A stretch of DNA of 64,000 nt from an uncultured Acidobacteriaceae bacterium (lineage in GTDB: Bacteria > Acidobacteriota > Terriglobia > Terriglobales > Acidobacteriaceae), in contig CAVTUP010000028.1 of assembly GCA_963737915.1 (NCBI GenBank), forward strand, positions 15,634 through 79,633, given 5' to 3'. Both the position numbers and the translations under genes were made by a program. The first letter of the stretch is position 1, and each line of letters starts with the position of its first letter. This document shows positions 20,903 to 29,642 of this stretch, in pieces. The notes under the pieces were generated by a model. The model was not told the DNA's origin, ran no database searches, and saw nothing but the letters and a program-made list of their open reading frames with translations.

Positions 20903-22159
20903 CTACTCGTACCGCAACGCCTCAATGGGATCGAGGTTCGCCGCTTTCCACGCTGGATAGATCCCGAACAGCAGCCCGATCAGGCAGGACACGGTGAAGC
21001 CGGTGATAACCCATACGGTTGAGAGCGCAGCCGGAAGCCCAATCGGCAGGAAGTAGACAATCCAGGTGAAGATTGCGCCCAGCACAAGTCCGATGACTCC
21101 GCCCACCGCCGACAACGTAACGGCTTCTGTAGTGAACTGCGTCATGAGCGCTTTCTTGGTTGCCCCGAGGGCTTTTCGCACACCAATTTCGCGGGTGCGC
21201 TCAGTTACCGAGACCAGCATGATGTTCATCACGCCCACACCGCCCACCATCAAGCCGACGCTCGAGACGGCAATCATGAAGAGCACGAGGCCGCCGGTGA
21301 GCTGTCCCCAGAGCTTTGTCAGCGAGTCAGGGCCAAAGATTTCGAAGTTGTCGTCGGCCTCCACCTTCACCTTGCGGCGGATGCGCAGCATGTCGCGTAT
21401 CTCTTCCTGCACGAGAGATTTGTTTTTGGGGTCATCATACTTCACGCTCACCCACATGTCTTTGTCTTCGGGGTGCAGATTGTGGAACGTGCCTAACGGG
21501 AAATACACCTGGTTGTCTTCAGGGTTCTTGCCGCCACCGAAGATCTGCTTTTGCTTGTCCAGGACCCCAATTACCGTGTAGAGGCCGGATTCGATCGCTA
21601 CTTCTTTGCCAATCGCAGGCTGGTCCCCAAAGAGTTCCTCCCACGTGTCGTGGCCCAGCAGAACGACATGATCGCGCCGCTCGTCTTCAGCATCGGTGAA
21701 ACTGCGGCCTTGTAGAAATGTCAGATCGTAAACCTGCCCGACCTGAACCGTAGAACCCTGCAAGATGGTGCCGGCGATCTTTCTGCCGTTGTATTTCACC
21801 GATACATCGCCCACTCGGAACACGGACTTCACATGCTGAATGCCACCGTCCGCTGCCACCACATGCGGCAGTGTGCGCAACGCTTCCACGTCGTCTATGT
21901 TCAACTTTTTGCGCGTAAGCTGCTCGGTGGTGGGCCGAACGCCAATCACAGGCATATGAAATACCCAGATGATGTTTGACCCCATGGAAGTGACAAAATC
22001 GGACACCCGATTATTCAAACCGTTAATCACGGAGGAAATCGTGATGACCGTGGTGACTCCGATAACGATGCCAAGAATGGTCAGCCCTGAGCGAAGCTTG
22101 TTCGCTCGGAGAGTATCAAGTGCCATCTTGACCGATTCACGAGTCTGCCACTGAGCCAT
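20903..22159 (-). CDS. MacB/FtsX-type ABC permease (single FtsX domain), copy 1
   Basis: 418 aa: TM1, a MacB-like periplasmic domain, then the FtsX 3-TM bundle (ERTREIGVRKALGA). Confidence 0.9.
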   Translation of the reverse strand: MAQWQTRESVKMALDTLRANKLRSGLTILGIVIGVTTVITISSVINGLNNRVSDFVTSMGSNIIWVFHMPVIGVRPTTEQLTRKKLNIDDVEALRTLPHVVAADGGIQHVKSVFRVGDVSVKYNGRKIAGTILQGSTVQVGQVYDLTFLQGRSFTDAEDERRDHVVLLGHDTWEELFGDQPAIGKEVAIESGLYTVIGVLDKQKQIFGGGKNPEDNQVYFPLGTFHNLHPEDKDMWVSVKYDDPKNKSLVQEEIRDMLRIRRKVKVEADDNFEIFGPDSLTKLWGQLTGGLVLFMIAVSSVGLMVGGVGVMNIMLVSVTERTREIGVRKALGATKKALMTQFTTEAVTLSAVGGVIGLVLGAIFTWIVYFLPIGLPAALSTVWVITGFTVSCLIGLLFGIYPAWKAANLDPIEALRYE

Positions 22160-22216
22160 ATAAATTCACGCCTTCCCGACCACCAAATGTTGTGGACTAA
22201 ATGGCGAACGGAAGAT

Positions 22217-23473
22217 TCACTCGTATCGGAGCGCCTCGATCGGATCCAGGTTCGCCGCTTTCCACGCTGGATAAATCCCGAACAGCAGTCCAATCGTGCA
22301 TGAGACGGTGAAACCGGTGATTACCCACAACGTCGAAAGGGTCGCGGGTAACCCAATCGGCAGCAGGTAAACGATCCACGTAAGAATCGCCCCCAGCAGA
22401 ATCCCGATAACGCCACCAACCGCACACAATGTTACCGCCTCGGTGGTGAACTGCACCAGCAGCGTTCGCTTGGTCGCGCCAATCGCCTTGCGCACACCAA
22501 TTTCACGGGTGCGCTCCGTTACGCTCACCAGCATGATGTTCATTACGCCCACGCCACCTACCATCAGGCCCACGCTCGACACGGCGATCATGAACAGAAC
22601 CAGACCGCCTGTTAATTGCCCCCAAAGCTTCGTGAGCGAATCTGGCCCGAATATTTCAAAGTTGTCGGCCGCTTCCACCTTCACGTGGCGGCGGATGCGC
22701 AGCATCTCGCGAATCTCTTCCTCTACGAGAGACTTATTTTTTGGATCGTCGTACTTCACGCTGACCCAAAGATCTTTATCTTCCGGGTGCAGGTTATGGA
22801 ACGTCCCCATGGGAAAAAACGCCGTATTGTCTGCCTGGTTTTTGCCGCCGCCAAAAGGCTGCTTCCGCTTATCGATGACGCCGATAACTGTGTAGAGGCC
22901 GGTCTCGATACTGACCTGCTTGCCGACAGCATTCTGGTCGCCAAACAATTCTTCCCAGGTATCGTGGCCCAGCACCACCACGTGCTCGGCCCGATGATCT
23001 TCGTCGTCGGTAAACATGCGCCCCTGCAGCAACATCAAATCATTCACATCGCTGACTTGCGCCGTGTCGCCCTGCAAGACAGTTCCCGCAACTTTTTTTC
23101 CGTTGTACTTCACAGACACATCGCCGACGCGAAACTGCGCTTTTACGTGCTGAAATCCGCCGTCTGCGGCCACCACATGCGGCAAGTTTCGAAGCGCGTA
23201 AACATCATCGACGGTCAACTTCTTGCGTGCAAGCTGCTCCATGGTGGGTCGCACGCCGATCACGGGCATGTGAAACACCCAGAACACATTCGACCCGAGC
23301 GAACTCACAAAGTCGGCCACGCGATTATTCAGCCCGTTGATGACCGAGGAAATGGTGATGACGGTCGTCACGCCGATTACGATGCCGAGAATCGTCAGTC
23401 CCGAACGAAGCTTGTTCGTCCTCACGGTATCGAGGGCCATCTTGACCGATTCCCGAGTTTGTCCTTGCGCCAT
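22217..23473 (-). CDS. MacB/FtsX-type ABC permease, copy 2 (close paralogue of copy 1)
   Basis: 418 aa, gap-free alignment with copy 1, including about 60 consecutive identical residues (DNFEIFGPDSLTKLWGQLTGG...REIGVRKA). Confidence 0.9.
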   Translation of the reverse strand: MAQGQTRESVKMALDTVRTNKLRSGLTILGIVIGVTTVITISSVINGLNNRVADFVSSLGSNVFWVFHMPVIGVRPTMEQLARKKLTVDDVYALRNLPHVVAADGGFQHVKAQFRVGDVSVKYNGKKVAGTVLQGDTAQVSDVNDLMLLQGRMFTDDEDHRAEHVVVLGHDTWEELFGDQNAVGKQVSIETGLYTVIGVIDKRKQPFGGGKNQADNTAFFPMGTFHNLHPEDKDLWVSVKYDDPKNKSLVEEEIREMLRIRRHVKVEAADNFEIFGPDSLTKLWGQLTGGLVLFMIAVSSVGLMVGGVGVMNIMLVSVTERTREIGVRKAIGATKRTLLVQFTTEAVTLCAVGGVIGILLGAILTWIVYLLPIGLPATLSTLWVITGFTVSCTIGLLFGIYPAWKAANLDPIEALRYE

Positions 23474-23601
23474 ACTTAAAGCTCCTGGCCTCTAGCCACT
23501 AGCTAAAAGCTCTGATGCGATTTGGTACCTGATCGCGACTGACCTCGACCTGCTCAACAACGAATGAGGTAACAGCGGAAGCTGGTAGCGAAAAGCAGCC
23601 T

Positions 23602-24828
23602 TTACATCTCCGCGCGCAACGCCACCACGGGGTCGAGTTTGGCCGCTTTGCTTGCCGGATATACGCCGAAAAATATGCCTACTGCGGTGGCCAGAAACAG
23701 CCCCAGGAAAATTGCCCAAATGGGCACATCGGTCGGAAATCCCACAAAAATCGTAATGAGTTTACCCACCAGCACGCCGCCCAAAATCCCAAAGACGCCA
23801 CCAATAGATGCCAGCGAGGCGCTCTCGATCAGGAACTGCATCAGCACATCTCGCTGCTTCGCGCCGAGCGCCTTGCGTACCCCGATCTCTCGCGTGCGTT
23901 CCGTCACGCTCACCAGCATGATGTTCATAATCACCACGCCGCCGACCACCAGCGCGATGGATCCAAGCCCCAGCACGACCCACGCGAATACACCAAGCAA
24001 CTGGTTGGCAATATCGAGAAATGTATCGTTCGTCTCGATTTCAAAATCTTCAGGTTCCCCGGGCGCATTGTGCCGGCGTGTGCGCATAATGACCCGCACT
24101 TCGTCCTTGGCCCGCTCCATCACCGCTGCGCCGCCACTGGCGCGCGCGTAGATGTCCACGGAGTCGTTGTAACCGTAGGTTTGCTGGTATGCCGTGATTG
24201 GCACCGCGACCCAGTTATCCTGCGACTGGCCCAGCGTTTTGCCCTGGCGATCGCCCACGCCGACGATGGTATAGGGAATACCGTCTACGCGTATTTCCTT
24301 GCCCAGCGGATCGCCGTCGCCCAACAGGTTGTCCACAATGTCGTAGCCAATAATGGCGCTGTGCGTCGCATGTTCCTCGTCGGCGGGAGTAAAGCCGCGA
24401 CCCAGAGCGATATCGATGTTGTTCAGGCTTAACATCGTCGCGGTGTAGCCGCGCACGCCCGTGTTGTTGCTGGAGTGCCCGTTGTACACCACCTTGGTGT
24501 ATTTATTCAGCAGCGCACCCACTTCGCTGCACTCCGAGCAGCCATCCTTGATCGCTTCGTAATCCTCGATGCGAATGATCTTGCGCTTCTGGAATTTGAA
24601 GTACTGCTCGGCCGAGAAGATTACGCTCGACATCCGGTTCACCGTGAACACGTCTGCCCCGTACCCCGAGAGCTTGGTGGAAATATACTTCTTCGCGCCC
24701 TGTACGAGGGTCAGCACCATGATCACCGAAGCCACGCCCATGACAACGCCAATCAGCGTCAGAATCGAGCGAAGCTTGTTTCCCCAAAGGGACTGAAACG
24801 CGAGTCTAAAGGCCTCAACAATACTCAT
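23602..24828 (-). CDS. MacB/FtsX-type ABC permease, copy 3 (divergent)
   Basis: 408 aa with the same architecture (ERTREIGVRKALGAKQRDV). Confidence 0.9.
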   Translation of the reverse strand: MSIVEAFRLAFQSLWGNKLRSILTLIGVVMGVASVIMVLTLVQGAKKYISTKLSGYGADVFTVNRMSSVIFSAEQYFKFQKRKIIRIEDYEAIKDGCSECSEVGALLNKYTKVVYNGHSSNNTGVRGYTATMLSLNNIDIALGRGFTPADEEHATHSAIIGYDIVDNLLGDGDPLGKEIRVDGIPYTIVGVGDRQGKTLGQSQDNWVAVPITAYQQTYGYNDSVDIYARASGGAAVMERAKDEVRVIMRTRRHNAPGEPEDFEIETNDTFLDIANQLLGVFAWVVLGLGSIALVVGGVVIMNIMLVSVTERTREIGVRKALGAKQRDVLMQFLIESASLASIGGVFGILGGVLVGKLITIFVGFPTDVPIWAIFLGLFLATAVGIFFGVYPASKAAKLDPVVALRAEM

Positions 24829-25206
24829 GGATCCACTTTCTTTTTGCCCGGGCCGGCCTAACCAGTGTACGCAAATTGCGGCATCAGGCGCTCGCCCAAC
24901 CGAAGAACACAGAATTGCCGGTTTCCGAACTCGGGCTTATCCGAATTGCGGGGATCCCCGGTGACGAGCTCACGTCTCCGGGGATGAAGGCCAGGGGCCA
25001 CCCCGCCCGGCGCGGAAGGTCACATGAGATTGAATTCGCTCCGGTATTTCTATGACGAGAAACATTCCATCTAAGCCGCATATCCGGTAGGGAAAGCGCA
25101 CACTTACTGCCGCTTTTCTCACTTGCTGATACGCAGTTGGCAGGTAGCCAGTTCCGGCGAGCCGGAAAAACCCGCAAAACCCCCATCTGGCTTGGTTTGG
25201 CACCCG

Positions 25207-27612
25207 CTATTGGGGGCTGGTTTGAGCACTGGCCTGCCCGTGCCGGGCTAGCAGATCCCGCAGATCGCTCTCGCGCTTCTGGTCGTGTTCCTGTTTCGCG
25301 AGGTTCAGAGCCTTTTGTGCGGTCTGAACGGCCTCTGCATCACGACCCGTCTTGTCGTACACTTTCGCCAACTCCCCGAGAAAGCGTGAATTCTTGCTCT
25401 GGCTCAGTTCTACAGCCTTCTCGAGCGGAGAAACTGCTCCGGCGTAGTCTCCGCTTCGCTCCGTCACAAACCCCAGATTGAATTGAAACGTAGCCGAAGT
25501 GGGTTCGAGCGCTGCGGCCTTTTGCAAATTCGCAATCGCTTCCTTCCATTCGCCGTTGGCGGCGAGGGAAACCCCATAGTGTTCGGCGAAGGTGCTGTCT
25601 TCCGGGCTCAGGGTGCTGGCCTTGCGATACTCCTCCAGCGAAGCCTGCGGCTGGCCGCTATCGACCAGAAGCGTGCCGAGGTTGTAGTGCGCCATGGCAT
25701 CGTCGGGATCAAGTTCCAGAGCGCTTCGCAAGACCTGGATCGCTTCGGGCACCCGCCCACCCTGCGCCAGTTTGAATGCGTTGTCGACGAGCTTGTAGAA
25801 CTCCGTGGCTTGCGGGTTAATCGCTTCGAGACCTCCGTCCGGAGGCACGTTTACGAACTCAGGAATATTGACCGCGCGATTGGCCGCAGTGGTGTTGTCC
25901 ACAATGATTGCCGGAGTGTCGTTGCCGCTGGCGTCGATATGCGTCAGCATCAGGCGCGTAAAGGGCCCACGGGCCTTCGACGAAAACGCAAGCCAGCGCC
26001 CGTCGGGAGAAAACGTGTGCCAGGAATTCATTAACGACAGATTGCAGTTCATCAACCGCGCTTTGCCGCCCTCAAATGGCACGATGAAGAGCCTGCTGTC
26101 CGGTCGCATCAACAGGCCGTTCTTGTTCTGCACGAAGACGATCCATTTCCCGTCCGGCGAAACCTTGGGGAAGTTGTTGCTCATGCCGTTTGCTGAGGCA
26201 CCTTTAATCGGAACAGCCTTTCCGCCACGTCCCTCGTTGAACGGAATCTTGTAAAGGTCGTATTGAATCTGCGGCTCCCGCGGGTCATTCGCATACTCCG
26301 GCTTTGGAGCACCCGGCGGAAACGGGTCGCGCGCCACCGCGCGACTGAAGATCAGGTACTTTCCATCCGGAGACCAGAACGCGCTGGCCTGCACGAATTG
26401 CGGATCGTCGGCGCCCGGCAGCGGCCGCATCGTGCCTTCCTTGCGGTCGTACCAGGCCAGAATTCCCCGCATTGGATAGAAGACCTGCAGGAACCGAAAA
26501 TCCTTGTAGTTGATGCTGTAAAGCCGGTCCAGAAGTCCCGCGGCCATTCCGTGAATCTGCTCTTTGTTCTTGCTGGTGTTGTCAGGCGGGCCAATCGAGG
26601 TCACGACGTAACGACCATCCGGCGACACCTGCGACATGAATCCGAACCGCTTCACCGCGGGAGAGGAGGCACTGGCCTCAGAGTTCAATTGAAAGGAACT
26701 CCAGTGGATGACATCCTGGTTTCGAATCGTCATTTTCTTTGAGACGGGAACCAGCGCGTAGAGCCCCTTATCATTTCGGGGACCGTCCAGATCCAGCCCA
26801 AAGGTCTTCCCATCCCGCGAAAACGAATGGCAATTCGCGCACGTCGGCAGATCCGTCATCACCACGTGGCTCTCGGGTTCGGCGAGATTGCGAACGCGCC
26901 ATTTGATCAGGGGAATCGCAGACAGCGGCAAGGGCGCAATGGGCCCTGCCTCGGCCACCGCCGACGTCCTCAACGGGACATCGCGATAGAAAAGCGGCGC
27001 GCCTACGGGATCAGCCGACGTGGAGATCGTTACCCTCCCCACGGACACTGGCTGATTTGTTTCCTCGTCTGCGAAGCCCGTAATAGATACCGTCGCCGGT
27101 GCCTTCACGGTCAGGCGCTTGATTGTCGCCCAGGTCTCCCCGTCTGGCTTCCATGTACGCGTTGTTGCTTGGTCCGGAGTCAGTTCGAGGGCGGGACCCG
27201 CCCCGGGGTCAATCTCGCCCACCTGCAAAGGCTCACCAGCAGCTCGAACCCGAATGCTCTTCGAACCATCAGCGAACGAAACCTCAATCATCCAATGCTT
27301 TACAGCCGATTCGGGGTCGTGCCAGAGAAAGGTTGGCGGAGTAATTTCAGGGGGGAAAACCGAGCCATTCAGGGGGTAGTCGATCGAAATCCTGGACGCG
27401 GCCGGCTGATCTTCCTTGCCGAACGTCGTCGAGAGCGCTGCCCCTCCAACCAGAAACACCGAGCCAGCCCCGATCAATGCCGCAAAGAGGATGTTGATCA
27501 GGCGCGACTTCAATGGCCCATGGAAAGGAATCACGAATTCTATTTTTGCAGATGAAGATTGTCGCGGTCCATGAGACACGGGCCGTAAGGCTCGGCGAGC
27601 CGTCTCAACCAC
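25207..27612 (-). CDS. membrane-anchored PD40/TolB-like beta-propeller protein with one CxxCH motif and C-terminal TPR repeats
   Basis: 801 aa with an N-terminal TM. CANCH is encoded at 26827-26841. Repeated SPDG(R/K)(Y/W)(L/I/V) PD40-like motifs, and TPR repeats in the last ~200 aa. Confidence 0.8.
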   Translation of the reverse strand: MVETARRALRPVSHGPRQSSSAKIEFVIPFHGPLKSRLINILFAALIGAGSVFLVGGAALSTTFGKEDQPAASRISIDYPLNGSVFPPEITPPTFLWHDPESAVKHWMIEVSFADGSKSIRVRAAGEPLQVGEIDPGAGPALELTPDQATTRTWKPDGETWATIKRLTVKAPATVSITGFADEETNQPVSVGRVTISTSADPVGAPLFYRDVPLRTSAVAEAGPIAPLPLSAIPLIKWRVRNLAEPESHVVMTDLPTCANCHSFSRDGKTFGLDLDGPRNDKGLYALVPVSKKMTIRNQDVIHWSSFQLNSEASASSPAVKRFGFMSQVSPDGRYVVTSIGPPDNTSKNKEQIHGMAAGLLDRLYSINYKDFRFLQVFYPMRGILAWYDRKEGTMRPLPGADDPQFVQASAFWSPDGKYLIFSRAVARDPFPPGAPKPEYANDPREPQIQYDLYKIPFNEGRGGKAVPIKGASANGMSNNFPKVSPDGKWIVFVQNKNGLLMRPDSRLFIVPFEGGKARLMNCNLSLMNSWHTFSPDGRWLAFSSKARGPFTRLMLTHIDASGNDTPAIIVDNTTAANRAVNIPEFVNVPPDGGLEAINPQATEFYKLVDNAFKLAQGGRVPEAIQVLRSALELDPDDAMAHYNLGTLLVDSGQPQASLEEYRKASTLSPEDSTFAEHYGVSLAANGEWKEAIANLQKAAALEPTSATFQFNLGFVTERSGDYAGAVSPLEKAVELSQSKNSRFLGELAKVYDKTGRDAEAVQTAQKALNLAKQEHDQKRESDLRDLLARHGQASAQTSPQ

Positions 27613-27650
27613 TCGTTCCGACCCCAGCTGTAATGAAAACCTGCTCCGGC

Positions 27651-28154
27651 TTAAATCGGCCGCGGAGAGGTATTGTGCGCTTCGGTCACGTTGTCCGGCT
27701 CGTCTGTGAAGGACTTGCCCGATCGATAGGCAAATTTCTGATCCCTCGTACCGGTTTTACGAATCGCATCCTGGGCGCCATCGTTCCAGGTAACGCGCGC
27801 CTCTCCATTCACATACGCCCAGGTTCCGCGTTCGTTTCCGATCGAGCGCCAGGCCTCTCCGTTCTCTTTCAGGGTGATGTAAAACTTGTTCCCCGTACCG
27901 TCGCCAACTTCCCATTTGCCCAGAAAATGGCCCCTTGGCGGCGCGGAGGGGTTCGTCGAACCGAAATCAGCGCCACCTCCAGCGAACTCAACGTGCGAAA
28001 TATCGGCCAGATTGAAGCTTTGCCTGTGGCCATCCTTGAAAACCAGCACGATCTCCCCGGATCCACCCTTTTTCGCTCTGGACTGGGCAAAACCGCCCGC
28101 AGCCGCGGAAAGAACAACAACCACCACTGCCGCCAGGGCAACAATCTTTCTCAT
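27651..28154 (-). CDS. secreted hypothetical protein
   Basis: 167 aa with a clear signal peptide (MRKIVALAAVVVVVLSAAAGGFAQS). Lies directly upstream of the PD40/TPR gene on the same strand. Confidence 0.65.
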   Translation of the reverse strand: MRKIVALAAVVVVVLSAAAGGFAQSRAKKGGSGEIVLVFKDGHRQSFNLADISHVEFAGGGADFGSTNPSAPPRGHFLGKWEVGDGTGNKFYITLKENGEAWRSIGNERGTWAYVNGEARVTWNDGAQDAIRKTGTRDQKFAYRSGKSFTDEPDNVTEAHNTSPRPI

Positions 28155-28311
28155 CTAGCTCTCCTTCGCAATCAGAGCCAAGGCAAAACCTGGCTCCAGA
28201 CCGCGCCACCATTATCTACGCGAGACCGGGGTTCCCGGTTCCCACAATCACCCATCCGACAAGCCGTGCAACAAAAGAGGGCTTTGCGCGGGTCTTCGCA
28301 TCTAACCCACC

Positions 28312-29607
28312 ATGAACGGTAAGGGCAAGCGCGTCCTGGTCATTGGAGCAGGCATGGCGGGCCTGACCGCGGCGCGAAAACTTGCCGAAGCTCACCGACA
28401 TGTCATGGTGCTCGAAGCAAGGAATCGCGTGGGCGGCCGCATCTTCACGCTTCGCGAAAGAAATGAGGTCCTGGAACTCGGAGCCGAGTTCATCCATGGT
28501 CGCCCACCTGAGTTGTGGCGGCTCATACAGGAAGCTGACCTCGAGACCTACCAGGTGGACGGCACACACGTGTGCCATAAAGACGGAAAAATCCAGAAAT
28601 GCGACGAACAAGAGAGCACATTCAAGTTCCTTGAAGCCCTCGAATCGTGGAAGGGGCCTGACATTGGATTCGCCGACTACCCTCCGCTCAAGGATCTTTC
28701 GCCCGATCATCGTGCTCAAATCATCAGCTATGTGCAAAGCTTCAACGCCGCGGATTATCGCCAGATCAGCGTTCATGCGCTCGCAGTTCAGCAACGCGCA
28801 GAAGAAGAGGTCGAGGGCGGCACCCTGTTTCGCGTGAGGCTTGGTTATGATCAGGTGCCCGAGTTTCTCGCCCACAAGACCAAAGAAGCCGGCGGTAGAA
28901 TCGAGCTCTCCATGCCCGTGGAACGAATCGAATGGCATCGAGGCCAGGTGCAGGTCTTCGTGCGCGACGGTGGCGACATCACTCAATACACTGCGGAGCA
29001 GGCGATTATCGCGCTGCCCCTTGGCGTGCTCCAGGACGGTTCGATTACATTTCAACCCACCCCGGGACCGGTAATCCAAGCTGCAGATCTCCGCATGGGC
29101 CCGGCCCGCCGTTTTACCCTGCTCTTCAGGGAGCGCTTCTGGGCTGAACGCGAGTCCATCAACCTGCCCAAACTCAGTTTCCTATTTGCGCACGATGCCA
29201 TGCCACCGGTCTGGTGGACCGACCATCCCGTCGAATCCCACACCATAACTGGATGGATCGGTGGACCGCAATCGACAGCTTTCGGCTTCATGACGCCGGA
29301 AGAAATCGGCGCGGCTGCCTGTAAAGAGCTCTCGAGAGTCTTTTCGCTGCCGGCCGAGTATCTGCAAACGCAACTCATTCGTTGCGCGACTCATGACTGG
29401 CAGACTGACTGCCATAGCTGCGGTACGTATAGCTACGTCCCCGCCGGTCAACTTGAGACCGTGTTGAACCTGGTCAAGCCGGTCGAAGACACGCTCTTCT
29501 TCGCAGGAGAGCACACTGACACCACGGGCCATTGGGGAACCGTCCATGCCGCCATGCGCTCCGGCCTCCGCGCCGCCGGTCAGATCCTTGCGGCGACGCG
29601 ATCCTGA
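28312..29607 (+). CDS. flavin-containing amine oxidase family protein
   Basis: FAD fingerprint VLVIGAGMAGLTAARKL...VLEARNRVGGR and C-terminal FFAGEHT. Confidence 0.9.
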   Translation: MNGKGKRVLVIGAGMAGLTAARKLAEAHRHVMVLEARNRVGGRIFTLRERNEVLELGAEFIHGRPPELWRLIQEADLETYQVDGTHVCHKDGKIQKCDEQESTFKFLEALESWKGPDIGFADYPPLKDLSPDHRAQIISYVQSFNAADYRQISVHALAVQQRAEEEVEGGTLFRVRLGYDQVPEFLAHKTKEAGGRIELSMPVERIEWHRGQVQVFVRDGGDITQYTAEQAIIALPLGVLQDGSITFQPTPGPVIQAADLRMGPARRFTLLFRERFWAERESINLPKLSFLFAHDAMPPVWWTDHPVESHTITGWIGGPQSTAFGFMTPEEIGAAACKELSRVFSLPAEYLQTQLIRCATHDWQTDCHSCGTYSYVPAGQLETVLNLVKPVEDTLFFAGEHTDTTGHWGTVHAAMRSGLRAAGQILAATRS

Positions 29608-29642
29608 GTTTTTTCAACGAGCGCCCGAATCCATCCCCTCAG

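Noticed and set aside
25198-25212. TGGCACCCGCTATTG resembling a sigma-54 -24/-12 box.
   Set aside because: It lies on the plus strand, overlapping the stop codon of a minus-strand gene, with no downstream plus-strand gene. The -12 spacing is off by one.
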